A DNA stretch of 63,677 nucleotides, the filler included, from Octopus bimaculoides (taxonomy: Eukaryota), in NCBI RefSeq assembly GCF_001194135.2. It is 6 parts of 6 records of this genome, joined end to end, with 100 filler letters (N's around TTAATTAATTAA, not from the genome) between each part and the next. Parts side by side here need not be neighbours in the genome. Positions count along the whole stretch, not along the records: positions 1 to 15,341 come from NC_068986.1; 5 more parts are not named here. One strand, 5' to 3'. Shown here one piece after another: positions 1 to 13,840 of the stretch. Made by a program: the position numbers and the translations under genes. The notes under the pieces were generated by a model that had not been told where the DNA came from, made no database searches, and saw only the letters and a program-made list of their open reading frames with translations. How positions within the stretch are numbered: position 1 is the stretch's first letter; every line of letters begins with the position of its first letter.

Positions 1-198
1 TGTGTGTATGTGTGTGTATGCGTGTGAGTGCATATATATATATATGTATAATTCTTTTTCGGAACGACACACAAACACACACACGTACATTACGTGTTTA
101 TATACGTACTTAGGAATGAAGTGGACCATATACATGCATACACGCGCATATGTGTACACAATCACATACATACAAAACGATATAGGCAAATATATGCA

Positions 199-237
<39 letters not shown>

Positions 238-1481
238 TATACACACACACATACACGCATGATTGTAAATAAGTAAGTAGGTAGTTAGTCAGGTAAGCAT
301 GTATGTAGGTATGTATGTAAAGTCAGACACACTTTCTGCAGATCTCATCTCAATTCCTTCATTAAAGGAGACAAATACACCGTTAATTGCTTAGTGAAGT
401 ATTTAATAAGAATTAAAATCATTCGGCGGCTACAATTTATGTTAATATCTTAGAAAGGAGATTGTTCCATGCAAAACAGTTCTGGGCATTACTGTTATAT
501 ATTTGTTTTTAAATTTTCATATAATTATTTTTCATATTCATATATACACTAACAGAACCCGTGAATATTTCACGTAATTAATGATAAACTTATTGAGTTA
601 TTTCTGAAAACTTTAATAAAAAAAACCTGAAAACGTAATCCTGTGTTGTGTCTGTATCAAAATATAATCACTCATCTGCTATTCATTGAAAAGTGAAAAA
701 AAATTGGAATACGATGATTACTTAATGCACTTCATATATACACTTTATATACTCTATATACATTTTCTCTCTCACTTTTCGCCTTACCCTCTTTTTATTT
801 CACTCTCGCCTTTCCCTTCAGCTAATCACGTGAAAGTGTTTACAGACGGGCTAAGTAACGGAGTGACAAGCAGAATTGCTATAACATCTTTAATTCTCAG
901 TAATCTATAGTCAATATGCTTACCTCCATAACAACTTCATTTTGATTCTACATATTAATTAAAACTTAATATGACCCCCACTCCACCCCAATTGATAGTG
1001 TAACAAGGTTATACGTTTCTATCACAGATAGAATCGAAACGACACCTTTCATTGTTTCCGATATCTCAATTTTACTTTCGAGGTTTGATTTAACTCGAAA
1101 CAAACGTAAATGACATTTTCTTAAGAGTGAGATTGAAACTCTGGCATTGAAATTTGCGAAGCAAATTTCTTAATCATTCGGTGGAGCTGCGTTCGTAACA
1201 CCACATTAGTCTCCAGCATAATCTTAGGAATTTAGGTACTTAATCAAATTTCTACTCGTTTAAATTCTGTCTGTACGAAATGCGAGTCAAATATATATGT
1301 ATGTATATATGTATACATACATATATACAAATAAATGTGTGTGTGTGTAAGTATGCATGTGTGTGTGTGTATGCATGTGTGTGTGTGTGTGTGTATAAAG
1401 AGAGAGAAAGATAGATACAGGTATATATACATACATATATACATTCATATGCATATATTTACATGCAAATACATACATACA

Positions 1482-1518
<37 letters not shown>

Positions 1519-3071
1519 NNNNNNNNNNNNNNNNNNNNNNNNNNNNNNNNNNNNNNNNNNNNNNNNNNNNNNNNNNNNNNNNNNNNNNNNNNNNNNNNNN
1601 NNNNNNNNNNNNNNNNNNNNNNNNNNNNNNNNNNNNNNNNNNNNNNNNNNNNNNNNNNNNNNNNNNNNNNNNNNNNNNNNNNNNNNNNNNNNNNNNNNNN
1701 NNNNNNNNNNNNNNNNNNNNNNNNNNNNNNNNNNNNNNNNNNNNNNNNNNNNNNNNNNNNNNNNNNNNNNNNNNNNNNNNNNNNNNNNNNNNNNNNNNNN
1801 NNNNNNNNNNNNNNNNNNNNNNNNNNNNNNNNNNNNNNTATATATATATATATATATACGACGCTAACTTTCGTACTAACAGTGATACTTAGCTTTGAAA
1901 CTGCGCCTTCCTAATTGGTGATTTTGTTAGATACCGATTGACCCTTTTATCTTTCTTTCTCAATTGCCGTAGTTTTCCTTCTTCTCCGAATATCAAACGT
2001 AAAGAAATATTTATCTGAAACTCATAAGCATAAAGTATTTGCTATCCATTAAACCTTCATAAAGTGACCGCTGTTTCTAGGAAATTTTGACAAGCTGAGA
2101 AAACCTTTTATTCAACAGTTAGCCTAATGCTTAGAAAAGCTTAAATTGAAATGCTGTCACACACAACATTCCATTAAGTCAATCTCACAAAATGTTTAGG
2201 TGTCTAAATCGAATTATGGCAGTGTTTCGGGCTGATAGCGTGACCTGGTGGTTTAGACGCTTGACTTCTTTTGTAAAGGAAACACAACTAATGTATTTAA
2301 CAATATCTCATTTCGTTTGCTGATATATCTGGTTTCTTGAAACTCTGTAAGATAACCAACACCATAAATGAGTTAACAGCTACATTCACATGATGCGGCA
2401 GTTAGCTTTCCGATCAAATTCGTTTCGGTTATCATAAATTCTAGCTAAATTAAAGGAAAGCGAATTCTCATCTGTAATATCGTTGTTGCCGTTGGTTAGC
2501 CCCGGGCCAAACCTGATCGGGAACACCTCTGATCAAAACCATTTCATCCATGACCAGACCATCATGTTCTTTTGTTTGTGTGTATGTTTATATGTGCGAA
2601 TCTGTTTGAGTGCGCATGTGTGTGTATGTGTGCATTACGTGAGAGAAAGAGTGTGTGTGTGAGCGCGTGTGTACGATTATGTGGCTCAGTGACACACAAC
2701 GGCCAGACATGGTGTCACCAAGGAGTAAAAGACAAGATAGAAGAAAAATAGTCATATCGTTTGAAAATTTAACAAGTCTGAGTTGGGTACAGTCGCAAAA
2801 CGTCACTCAAAAAACGCCTCACCATATTGATAAAGACCAAAACGCATTGTAAAATCTAATCCCAGATACAACTGTGTCTCATAAAATAACAAAGTGGTCG
2901 GGGCATGAATGCCTTTGAGTATAGTTCTGCTCCAGACTGACTTGGAATACATAACAACAGCAATCAAAGCAAAACACTTTCAATATGCAATGACAAGTAA
3001 CATTGTGGAACAAAGCAAAGATGTTCATGACAATGGAGAATATTTATCTCATTGTTATAAATGAGAAAATA

Positions 3072-3294
3072 GACGAGCTGGCAGAATCGTTAAGCATGCT
3101 GGGAAAAATACTCTGCGGCATTTCCTCAGTTTTTACGTTCTGAACTCACTGAATGTAAATTCCGCCAAGGTCGTCTTTGCCTTTCATCTTTTCGGGGTCG
3201 ATAAAATAAGTACCAGTTGAATACTGGAGTCGATGTGATCGACTTACGCCCCCCGCCACCCAAAATTGTTGGCCTTGTGCCAAAATTTGAAACC
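3072..3294 (+). mobile_element. tRNA-derived SINE, family A (near full length)
   Basis: Head GAGCTGGCAGAATCGTT, central GGTCGTCTTTGCCTTTCATCTTTTCGGGGTCGATAAAATAAGTACCAG, tail GGCCTTGTGCC; aligns with more than 10 other copies in the window. Confidence 0.85.
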
Positions 3295-3498
3295 AATATA
3301 ATAGATAGTAACTAAAATTAAAGTGCAACCGTTGCTTGCAATCGAGAAATACTCGATTGCATGTACCATGCTTTCATGAAGCCCTTTAGGTTCCAATGCA
3401 GTCTCGAAGACCTAAAAATCCTATTGGTCTCTCCACCCTCGATCCTGCGGATCATCAAGGTTGTGAAAACTTTGATGAAGAAGAGAGTGTTGCTCCAT

Positions 3499-3640
3499 CA
3501 ATCGACTGGTGCTTTCTTTATCAATCCCAAAAGGAAGAAAGGCTAAGTCGACCACAGCAGAATTTGAACTCAGAACGTAGAAGAACCGAAAGAAATAACG
3601 TAACGCATCTTAACTTACACTCTAGTGACTCCACCAATCT
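3499..3640 (-). mobile_element. SINE family A, diverged partial copy
   Basis: Reverse complement of the family A core (AAAGGCTAAGTCGACCACAGCAGAATTTGAACTCAGAACGT). Confidence 0.7.
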
Positions 3641-3644
3641 AAGC

Positions 3645-3840
3645 ACAAAACCTGAAATTTGTTGGAAAGGGGTTTAATCAATTGTTAGAAAGGGGTTTAA
3701 TCGATCTCAGTACTTGTTTGATACTTTATTTTAATCACCTTGAAAGAATAAAAGGCAAAGTTGATTTCGACAGGATTTGAACTCAGAACGTTAAGAGGTA
3801 GAAGAAATACCACAAATGTTTTGTCTAACACTCTAACGTC
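3645..3840 (-). mobile_element. SINE family A, diverged copy
   Basis: AAAAGGCAAAGTTGATTTCGACAGGATTTGAACTCAGAACGT matches the family A core in reverse. Confidence 0.7.
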
Positions 3841-6085
3841 TCTAAACATAGATTGGTTTGCATTTAAATAACTGATCGACAATTTAATAAGTCTTTATCC
3901 ATTTTTACCCGAATTATTCGTCTATTTGACAAAATATCCGGATAGCAGTAAATTATCAAAATTTAGGTTTCATAAAGAGAACAGAATTTCTTACAAGAAT
4001 TTCAAAGTGATGTGATAAACTTGGCAAATTTTATAAAAATATTCACTTCAATTTTAGAGTCAATGACTTCGGAAGAATGATTTGCTACTGCTTTAAAGGC
4101 AATTATCTTGTTAAGGAAGAAAAATTACATATTTGTGAATTATGTGTCTTTTCCTTTCTAGAAACAGTTTATTTTATTTGTATTTTTATGACTAATTGAG
4201 TGTTATGAAGATTGACGAAAGGACATCATAATCAGATTTGTTACCAATTAATACACTTTAACAATTCTAATTATTGTGAAGCTTAGCAGATTAAATTAAA
4301 AGTTTCTTGGATAATCTAATTTATTAAAAAAAAGATCCTTGTAAGAGAGACAAGTTCAGAAATGAATTAATATGATTTACTACAATCACGAGTTGATTCT
4401 GTCATAATTCATATGTCAGCCAAGATACAAAATCATACAAAACAGACAAAAATGTGCATACACTCATTCAAAACAACTCCAGGCTGTTATACATGATGTG
4501 TTCATAAACTAAATTATCGTAGACGCCATCCGCATGTCAAGAACTAGCAAGAGTTAAGTTAATTTTATCATATTTTATGTAGGTGCATCAAAATAATTAG
4601 CAAAACTTTGCAACGAGGAAAAAATTAATATTAGTCATTCAGTAATATTATATTAAAGATTTAACATTATACTAATTTAATTCTTTCACCAATTACGGGA
4701 TATTTTTCCGGATATATTCTGGTTTAGCAGACATCTTCAACGAAGTGCATAGTCTTCACCATAGTTGCCCCTATCAGTAACTTCACTATTATATTTTGTT
4801 GCTAACAGAGTATAAGAATAATTTATTTACCAATCATTGGTTTATTTTTCTATGATAGGTATACAATATAGGATCGATGATTACTGATTTGGCAGGTATG
4901 GGGAAATTACTATTTTTTTTATGAAGTTTAATAAGGTAGAAATAAATCCGTAATTGTCTCCCGTAATTAGAGAAAATTAACGAACGTACTCTATTAAGAA
5001 TTCCAATTCAACAATTAAGCCTTAAACGGTGGGCATCATAATCTGATGTTTCTTTAGAGAACAGTGAAAATCATCAATTGATATTTCCAAAATTTGACAT
5101 GGATATGTTTTGCAAGATTCCTGGTGTGAAATCGAGTGTTGAAGCAAATATTGTTAAATTTCGGCACGGTCATCTTTTTTGTTTTTTGCCAGATAAACAC
5201 ACGCACTANNNNNNNNNNNNNNNNNNNNNNNNNNNNNNNNNNNNNNNNNNNNNNNNNNNNNNNNNNNNNNNNNNNNNNNNNNNNNNNNNNNNNNNNNNNN
5301 NNNNNNNNNNNNNNNNNNNNNNNNNNNNNNNNNNNNNNNNNNNNNNNNNNNNNNNNNNNNNNNNNNNNNNNNNNNNNNNNNNNNNNNNNNNNNNNNNNNN
5401 NNNNNNNNNNNNNNNNNNNNNNNNNNNNNNNNNNNNNNNNNNNNNNNNNNNNNNNNNNNNNNNNNNNNNNNNNNNNNNNNNNNNNNNNNNNNNNNNNNNN
5501 NNNNNNNNNNNNNNNNNNNNNNNNNNNNNNNNNNNNNNNNNNNNNNNNNNNNNNNNNNNNNNNNNNNNNNNNNNNNNNNNNNNNNNNNNNNNNNNNNNNN
5601 NNNNNNNNNNNNNNNNNNNNNNNNNNNNNNNNNNNNNNNNNNNNNNNNNNNNNNNNNNNNNNNNNNNNNNNNNNNNNNNNNNNNNNNNNNNNNNNNNNNN
5701 NNNNNNNNNNNNNNNNNNNNNNNNNNNNNNNNNNNNNNNNNNNNNNNNNNNNNNNNNNNNNNNNNNNNNNNNNNNNNNNNNNNNNNNNNNNNNNNNNNNN
5801 NNNNNNNNNNNNNNNNNNNNNNNNNNNNNNNNNNNNNNNNNNNNNNNNNNNNNNNNNNNNNNNNNNNNNNNNNNNNNNNNNNNNNNNNNNNNCAAGGATT
5901 TGATGACTGGAGTCAACAGTTTAATGACTGGGGTCATTTAATTTAATGGAGCTGCATGAAATGGTCGTACTGCATTACCTCTGGATATCCGTGTCGCTTA
6001 TTTTGATTTTAATCACCTTACTTTGAAATTGTATGAATAATACCGTACTAAATTCTGGTGCCTAGACTTAAGTACCATATTCACC

Positions 6086-6119
<34 letters not shown>

Positions 6120-6120
<1 letters not shown>

Positions 6121-6279
6121 GGCAGACTTCTTTCACTTTCCGTTTATCAATTCAACTCACCAGCTTTTGGTTGGTCCGTGGCTATAGTTGAAGACACCGA
6201 AGGTGCCATGCAGTGAGACTGATCCCGGAACCATGTGGTTCGGATGCAAGCTTCTTATCACACAGTGACACCTGCGCCT
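6120..6279 (-). mobile_element. tRNA-derived SINE, family B 5' half
   Basis: Reverse complement begins AGGCGCAGGTGTCACTGTGTGATAAGAAGCTTGC...CCACATGGTTCCGGGATCAGTC and aligns with 46575 and 58998. Confidence 0.8.
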
Positions 6280-6280
6280 C

Positions 6281-6312
<32 letters not shown>

Positions 6313-6475
6313 TGTGTGTGTGTTTGTGCGCGCGCATGTATGTGTGTGCGAGTGTGTATGCATGTGGATGTATGTATGTGTGTGTGTACGTGTGTGCGTG
6401 TGTGTATTAACACGCACACGCATATACACACATATACATACATGGAGAGAGAGAGTGAGAGAGAGACAAACAGGC

Positions 6476-6528
<53 letters not shown>

Positions 6529-7067
6529 CATACATGTATACAACAGCTGTCACTGGCATTGTTTACGTTGTTTACAAAACTAAGAGTCCTTGGTTTCCTC
6601 TGCCCACCACACCCAACAGACAATGTCTACCAACTGTCTCTTAGGACGAAAATCATAATCGTTTTTCTTGTCATTTGTTTGCAAATCGTAGATAACATTG
6701 TAAGAAGTGTCAACATGCATCAACAAATTTCTGAAATTACACATTTGCATGTATTTATCTCCGTGTCATTGTGGTCCTTTTTTTAAATTCTATTTTGTGT
6801 GTATTTTATACGCATTTTGTACATGTCTGTGTAATCCAATATATAAATGTATTATACTATATATGTATCAGTACTGTTGTCAAACTTAATAATGGTCTAT
6901 AGCCTCAGATCAACCATTATCGAAGAAACCTGTGGCTTGAAAGTATTTAAGTTGTGACTAGGGCATTTGGCTTACGTAAGTCTGCTTCCCGGTGGCGCGT
7001 TGCGTCCTTGAGAAAATCACTTTATTTCTCGTTACTTCTAGTTCATTCATCTGGAAAAAAATTAGTT

Positions 7068-7240
7068 GTACCTGTAATTCAAAGGGCCAGCCTTTGTGTC
7101 TCGCTGAATGTCCATGAGAACTGCGTTAATAGTGCGCGTGTTCGTGGAGTGCTCGGCCACTCGCACGTTAATTTTATGAGCAGGCTGTTCAGTAGATCGA
7201 ATCAACTGGAATACTTGGTCGTCGTAACCGAAAGAAAGCC
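7068..7240 (+). mobile_element. SINE family C 3' half
   Basis: CCTGTAATTCAAAGGGCCAG...GGAGTGCTCGGCCACTCGCACGTTAATTT...AGCAGGCTGTT...TCAACTGGAA aligns with 52090-52248 and the reverse of 56876-57049. Confidence 0.8.
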
Positions 7241-7779
7241 ATGCCACGACTACACTGTGTAATGTGTCCTTCCTTTTTCAAGAGAACACGTTGTGATTTG
7301 ATGGAGATTTCGCAGCTCTTTCGAACTAGACGAGCAAGTAAGAAAATGAATTATTCGTCTATTTCGACAATACATATTCCATTTGTACCTTCCACTCAAA
7401 TGCTTACTCCTTGTATTATCGACCTAGTGGCTGTGTATTCCACAGATATGCGTAGGTTTATGCTAATTCCCAAACAAAATCAGGGTGACACAGTGTGTGA
7501 CATGACCGGCCCTTGGGATTACGAATGCTGGATTCAGTACAGTTTATGATTCCAAATTTCACTCACAAAGCTTCGCTCAACCCAAAGCAATGCTATATGA
7601 CACGTGCCCAATGTGTGTACAGAAAAATCTAATATAGGATTTCATTATTTCGAAATGAACTTTTTAACTATTCAACCATTCCATTTTTCTTTTTATAATA
7701 GTTTGCTCTGAAGATAGAGACTATACCCAGAGCATTTTCAGGTTTTCTGAAAGGAGTGAGTCACATGCGGTTGATGTTG

Positions 7780-8075
7780 TCTTTGAGCAAATGCGAGTCG
7801 AAGAATGTAGGAAGGACATACTCACAGTGGAAATTCCGGAGGGAATGATTAGGTTCTGGTGATCAAAGATTGTAACAGAGTTGTCTCTGTGGGACCAGTG
7901 GAGTGGAAACAATAGGAATGACGAGAGGAGAGGTAATGAGTGAGTCGGAAGGGCTTGAGTAAAAGTGTCATCAAATAAGGCAGTCCGGAGGAGTAGTGGT
8001 CACCGTAATAGCTGTAAAAAGGGCAAAATGCCGATGTGTCAGATTTTGGAGTGCATTGGGTGAGTTAACCTCATG
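7780..8075 (-). pseudogene. Possible Penelope-like reverse transcriptase C-terminal remnant
   Basis: Frameshifted minus-strand peptides EVNSPNALQ / SDTS / LPFL / GDH / KP / LRL-RICS occur in roughly the order expected for a PLE RT (VNSFHPAL..ISDTSLPFLD..KPTD..LRLRRICS); highly decayed. Confidence 0.4.
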
Positions 8076-8175
8076 TAAATAAATAAGTCTGGTGGTTTTT
8101 GCTTGTTATTACGGTAAAAAAATGACCAGCTGTAATCAATCTTTAACAGTATTTAAGATCATCGCTTACACCGAC

Positions 8176-8672
8176 AGCCAATCAAACAACCAGCCAACTT
8201 GATCAATCAAGAACCTAACTACTATTGCTAACTAATCAACAAACCAACGAATCGACTGACCAACGAACAAAGGAACCAACCAACCAACAAACAAACAAAC
8301 AAACAAACAATAAAACCTACCAACCAGCCAACCAACCAACTAAACAACCAGCCAACCAGGCAGACGACCAGCCAGAAAATCAATCAACCAACCAGCCAAC
8401 TAATCTGTCAACCAACATATCAATCAACTAACCAGACATTCAACCAGCCAATCATACAGCCAGGCAACCAACCAACCAACCAACCAACAAAACACACAAA
8501 CAACCAGCCAATCAACTAATCAATATACAGCCAATGAACTAATCAATCAACCAATCGTCACTCCAGGCAAACAATCATCCACATTGCCAACCTGCAAACC
8601 AGAAAAAAAACCAACCGATCCAAGCAGGACTAAGCAACCAACAAACCAACAAACCAATCCACCAACCGACCA
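8176..8672. repeat. Degenerate (AACC)n-type tetranucleotide array
   Basis: About 500 bp of CAAC/CAAT/CAGC variants; explains ORF 8225-8431. Confidence 0.85.
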
Positions 8673-8917
8673 GATAACATCTCTCAACATTATCTACAAC
8701 CATCTTTTGTATTAAATAAACAAAAAAACAATAATAATAATGAAAAGGCTAAGGAAAAGGTCAACAAAACATGTCAAAGACGGTGGTCTTGTTAATATCA
8801 TCTGGAGTCTGGAGTCTGGACAGTTTAGGAAAGAGAAAGGTCAAAGCAGTTCTATGACTTTGTGAAAATATGCCTTGTTTTATTTAGACTTTCTTTTATT
8901 AGCTTTGGCTTTATATC

Positions 8918-8918
<1 letters not shown>

Positions 8919-9008
<90 letters not shown>

Positions 9009-9026
9009 CGTGTGTGTGTGTGTGTG
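8919..9026. repeat. (GT)n microsatellite, representative of dozens of GT/TA/GA/TATG/GATA arrays in the window
   Basis: Direct inspection. Confidence 0.95.
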
Positions 9027-9600
9027 CTTTCTAAAACGTATTTGTTTCTCTCTCTTGAGTGTTTGATGTGTATATAGTGAAAGGTAATGGCCAGATCTGT
9101 TGATTAAGGTTTAGGGTTATGATAGTATGATGATGGTGATGATGACGGTAGCCGCTGTGGTAAGTGCCAGTAATAAAAATAATATTGAGATAAATACGAC
9201 GACGACAATCATGGCGACGAGATGGCAGTGGAGACAGCGGCGGCAACGACGACGATGGTGACAACAGCGACGACGATGACGACGACGACGATGACGACGA
9301 CGACGTCGAGGTGGTGGAGGAGGAGGAGGGGTGACAACGATAATGGTGATGAGGACGATTATGGCGATGACTATATAAATATGGCTGTTCAATGTTAATA
9401 GTAGTTTAACTCCAGGCACACCTTCCGCCAGCTGTTTATAGGAGTAGCCTGCACCCTGTACATATATATTGCTAGCTGGGGAGCGAAGCCCTACCACCCT
9501 CCAGCAGATGAGAGGATCGCGAGACCGATTCGGTTTGGAGCTAGTTTGCTCATCTTCAATCGCGAATACCTGGTCGTTAGGTGTGTGTGTATTGCGTCAG

Positions 9601-9815
9601 TGTGTATCTTCCTTGTCCCCAATCATCGCTTGACAATTAGTGTTCCTCTGTTTATATCTCTGTAAATTAGCGGTTCTGGTTAAGAGACTGAAAGAATAAG
9701 TACCAGCCTTAAAAAAAAAGTTCTGAAGTCGATTCATTCAACTGAAAAAAGAACCCTTTAAGACGATGCCCCACCATGGACGCAATACAATCACTGAAAC
9801 AAGTAAAAAGTAGAA
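9601..9815 (+). mobile_element. SINE family B 3' half, diverged
   Basis: CATCGCTTGACAA...AGAATAAGTAC...GTCGATT...CTGAAACAAGTAAAA matches the 3' half of 17713-18116. Confidence 0.7.
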
Positions 9816-10184
9816 GAAAGATCTAATAGTTGTAAATACAATACAACATGTTGAAAAACTGCTATCAATTCAGTTTATCCATAAAATTAGTAGGCAAAAA
9901 GCGCTTTAGAGGATGCTTAAAATCTAGATGTTACAAGCAAGGGAGATAACTCCAATAATATCAGTAGACTGAAATTGCGGCGGGAAAATATAACAACGGT
10001 ATTATGGTGTAAACCAGATTTTGTTTTCTAATGACATCGATAATCACAGATAACTGAAGTTTTCTTGCTATGTTGCATGATATGCTAGTCTCTCGTATTC
10101 CGAGAAAGACTCTTCTGCAATTCCTTGTCGAACAACCTTCACAGATGATTAGTTTTATACGGACCAAGTGTATAAACTGTACAT

Positions 10185-10384
10185 TAGCTCCCTCCCTCAA
10201 CCAAATCGACGTTGCTTAAACAGGTACACAGTGTGTCATACGTCAGATGATGTCGAAATGATTCGTAGAGCAATGAAAGATTCACTGTTTTGCTCAAAAT
10301 CACAACGCACCACTCGGTCCAAGAATTGAAACCGCGATGTCTCGATCGTGAGTGCCACATTCTAACCACTAGGCCATGCGCCCT
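10185..10384 (-). mobile_element. tRNA-derived SINE (fourth family) with A and B boxes
   Basis: Reverse complement: AGGGCGCATGGCCTAGTGGTTAG (A box) ... CGCGGTTTCAATTC (B box), followed by non-tRNA TTGAGCAAAACA sequence. Confidence 0.7.
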
Positions 10385-13300
10385 CATCATCTATGCTACA
10401 TATGTGAGACACTACTATATTTGTATTTTCCTAAGATATTTTCTCTTAGCAATATTGTTGTTATATTTGCATCGTTTAGTCAGGAGAGAATGCAGTGCTC
10501 ACGACACGTTAAGAGAAACTCCGACAAAAGTGGGAGAGAAAGAGGGAAATAAGATTTCCTCAGACTAGAGACCTAACCTGAATGCTTGCAAAAGAATGGG
10601 CTCCGCTAAAAGTAGCTAATGTACTAGGTGGTAATGTTAAACTGGGCGACAAATTAAATCTACAACCCATGGCGGGATTTAAAATCAGAATGCAAAGAAC
10701 AGCCACAAATACCGTAAGACACCCAATTAAAAGTTCTTACGGTTCTGCCAAACCACCACCTTAGATTTCAACTTATTCATCGGCTGCGCAATGATGGAAG
10801 GCCAAGTTGACCTCAGCAAGATTTGAACACAAAGCACATTGAGTTGGAACAAATACCACGGTTATATTCTAACCGACACTGTCAATTCTCTCCCTAACAT
10901 CCGTTTGTGATCACTGCCAAATAGATATTTTTTTAATGTCCCGTCCAAGCAAAATAAAATCACTCGTCTGACTTTTATTTAAACACTGTTCGATATTGCT
11001 CAGCTACTTCCCAATCATATCCGACTTACAACCCATGTATATATTCAGAGTTGACCCACTTCCCATCACTGTTATTATTATCATCACCACCATTGGACAA
11101 TCTTGCAAGTATTGTATAGTTCTATAAAATGTTTTCACAGCTGCTGAATGTTATTTCTAATATTTCAATTCTTCAGCAATTACAGTGCTACTTCGTTTTT
11201 CCCCGAGACATTTCCAGGATATTATTGTTTATATAACTCTTATAATAGGTTCTAGTACCACGAAATAACATGGATATACTTGAATCGATGTTGTTAATAA
11301 GCAATGCCCTACGCCGATCAAATCTATGTTACGTTCTACATTTATAACAAACTTCTAAGTGGCATTTTCTGTATCCAAATAATAAACGAAAAGCATTGAT
11401 ACCTAACATTAGCTAAAAAAAAGAAAAAAAAGAATCAATTTGGACAGGATAAGGGGTGTATTTTTTTGACATTATTTGAGCGAAGCAGGCAGAGTAAAGT
11501 TCAGTGTATATATTTCCGAAATAGCTTCACTCCATCTCTCTACTATCTCTTCCACTCTTCCATTGTAACAACCTAACAAAACAATACGACGTTATTGATG
11601 AACGCAAAAACATAAGGATTCCGAGATGATTTAGCAAAACATATTCTCATATCTTGCTGAGAGTCACTTTGACCATTTTAACACACCAGGGCAGCTATAC
11701 AAATAATTCATAGTATATGTACAATATATATATATATATAACACATTGAAGTCAATAAATAATTATTTCAGTTTCACTGATGTAGAGTGTCAGAGATCAA
11801 TCAATTTACAGATTCATAATAAATAATGTGCAATATTGATTCGATATCGATTGTGTATTTTGAAAGAGCATGAAGTGAATATAATAATTCTACTTATTAA
11901 TTGGTCAAACTTTACTAACAACAATGGGATACACACACTCACATCCATACATATACATATATATATATATANNNNNNNNNNNNNNNNNNNNNNNNNNNNN
12001 NNNNNNNNNNNNNNNNNNNNNNNNNNNNNNNNNNNNNNNNNNNNNNNNNNNNNNNNNNNNNNNNNNNNNNNNNNNNNNNNNNNNNNNNNNNNNNNNNNNN
12101 NNNNNNNNNNNNNNNNNNNNNNNNNNNNNNNNNNNNNNNNNNNNNNNNNNNNNNNNNNNNNNNNNNNNNNNNNNNNNNNNNNNNNNNNNNNNNNNNNNNN
12201 NNNNNNNNNNNNNNNNNNNNNNNNNNNNNNNNNNNNNNNNNNNNNNNNNNNNNNNNNNNNNNNNNNNNNNNNNNNNNNNNNNNNNNNNNNNNNNNNNNNN
12301 NNNNNNNNNNNNNNNNNNNNNNNNNNNNNNNNNNNNNNNNNNNNNNNNNNNNNNNNNNNNNNNNNNNNNNNNNNNNNNNNNNNNNNNNNNNNNNNNNNNN
12401 NNNNNNNNNNNNNNNNNNNNNNNNNNNNNNNNNNNNNNNNNNNNNNNNNNNNNNNNNNNNNNNNNNNNNNNNNNNNNNNNNNNNNNNNNNNNNNNNNNNN
12501 NNNNNNNNNNNNNNNNNNNNNNNNNNNNNNNNNNNNNNNNNNNNNNNNNNNNNNNNNNNNNNNNNNNNNNNNNNNNNNNNNNNNNNNNNNNNNNNNNNNN
12601 NNNNNNNNNNNNNNNNNNNNNNNNNNNNNNNNNNNNNNNNNNNNNNNNNNNNNNNNNNNNNNNNNNNNNNNNNNNNNNNNNNNNNNNNNNNNNNNNNNNN
12701 NNNNNNNNNNNNNNNNNNNNNNNNNNNNNNNNNNNNNNNNNNNNNNNNNNNNNNNNNNNNNNNNNNNNNNNNNNNNNNNNNNNNNNNNNNNNNNNNNNNN
12801 NNNNNNNNNNNNNNNNNNNNNNNNNNNNNNNNNNNNNNNNNNNNNNNTGCCGCTGTTGTTGTTGCTGGTGGTGGTGGTGGTGGTGGTGGTGGTGGTGGTG
12901 GTGGTGGTGGTGGTGTATTTGTTGTCGTTCTTATCAACTTTGTCCATTATATCTCAGGACGATATTTTGGACTATGACGTCCAATGTATTCTTCAGTTTC
13001 ATGACGGCAACGGCGGTGTTGTTGTTGTTGTTTTTCGTGGTGGTGGTAATTGTGATAGGAGTGGTACTGGTGGTGCTAATGGTGGTGAAGGAAAATTTGT
13101 CTGCTAATTCTAGCAAATACACAGAGGCTCCATTATTATGCTCGTAGTTCTGTTATATCCAATCCAATTGATGTCGTTGGAAAGGAAAACAGTTTATATT
13201 TTATTGAAAAAATAAGTAAAACACCTTCAAGTGAGATCTATCAATAATTTTGTACCAGTTTTCAAGGAATGATATTACATCGACGATAAAAGTAAGAACT

Positions 13301-13771
13301 AATGGCAAATCAATTTCAGAAGTGTAATATTTTCAGATCGATATCTGAAATATTGAGCCATTAAAATAGTCGTTCATAACGGTTCGATTGGCTACAACTA
13401 TGGTATATTGATCTTTTCGGTGTGATATGACCGGGAATAAACAATAATATTGACGGTGTGAAAGCCAAAACCGACTCCAACGTCTTTCAGGTTCGGAACG
13501 CTTAGGGAAGAAATTGAATTCTATAAGATATTTTGTACTGAAATGTAGTTGATGCGATAAAATATGCAATGTATGTATGCATGTATGTATGTATGTATGT
13601 ATGTATGTATGTATATATGTATGTATGTGTGTGTGTATGTATGTATGTGTGTGTATGTATGTATCTCACTTTCTCTCTATATATATATATATGTGTGTGT
13701 GTGTAATAGATGAATAGATGTATATTTTAAACTTTCTTCAAAATATACATTCGTGAATATGTATATATATA

Positions 13772-13840
<69 letters not shown>

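Noticed and set aside
6920-6947. TCGAAGA..ACC tgt GGC..GAAAGTATT hammerhead-like string
   Set aside because: Core, stem II and helix III are all imperfect; not distinguishable from chance.
9104-9118. TTAAGGTTTAGGGTT telomere-like string
   Set aside because: Only one perfect unit; expected by chance.
13225-13400. Weak mariner C-terminus on the minus strand (NDYFNGSIF / LENWYKIID)
   Set aside because: Only two short motif resemblances; no catalytic motif or TIR.
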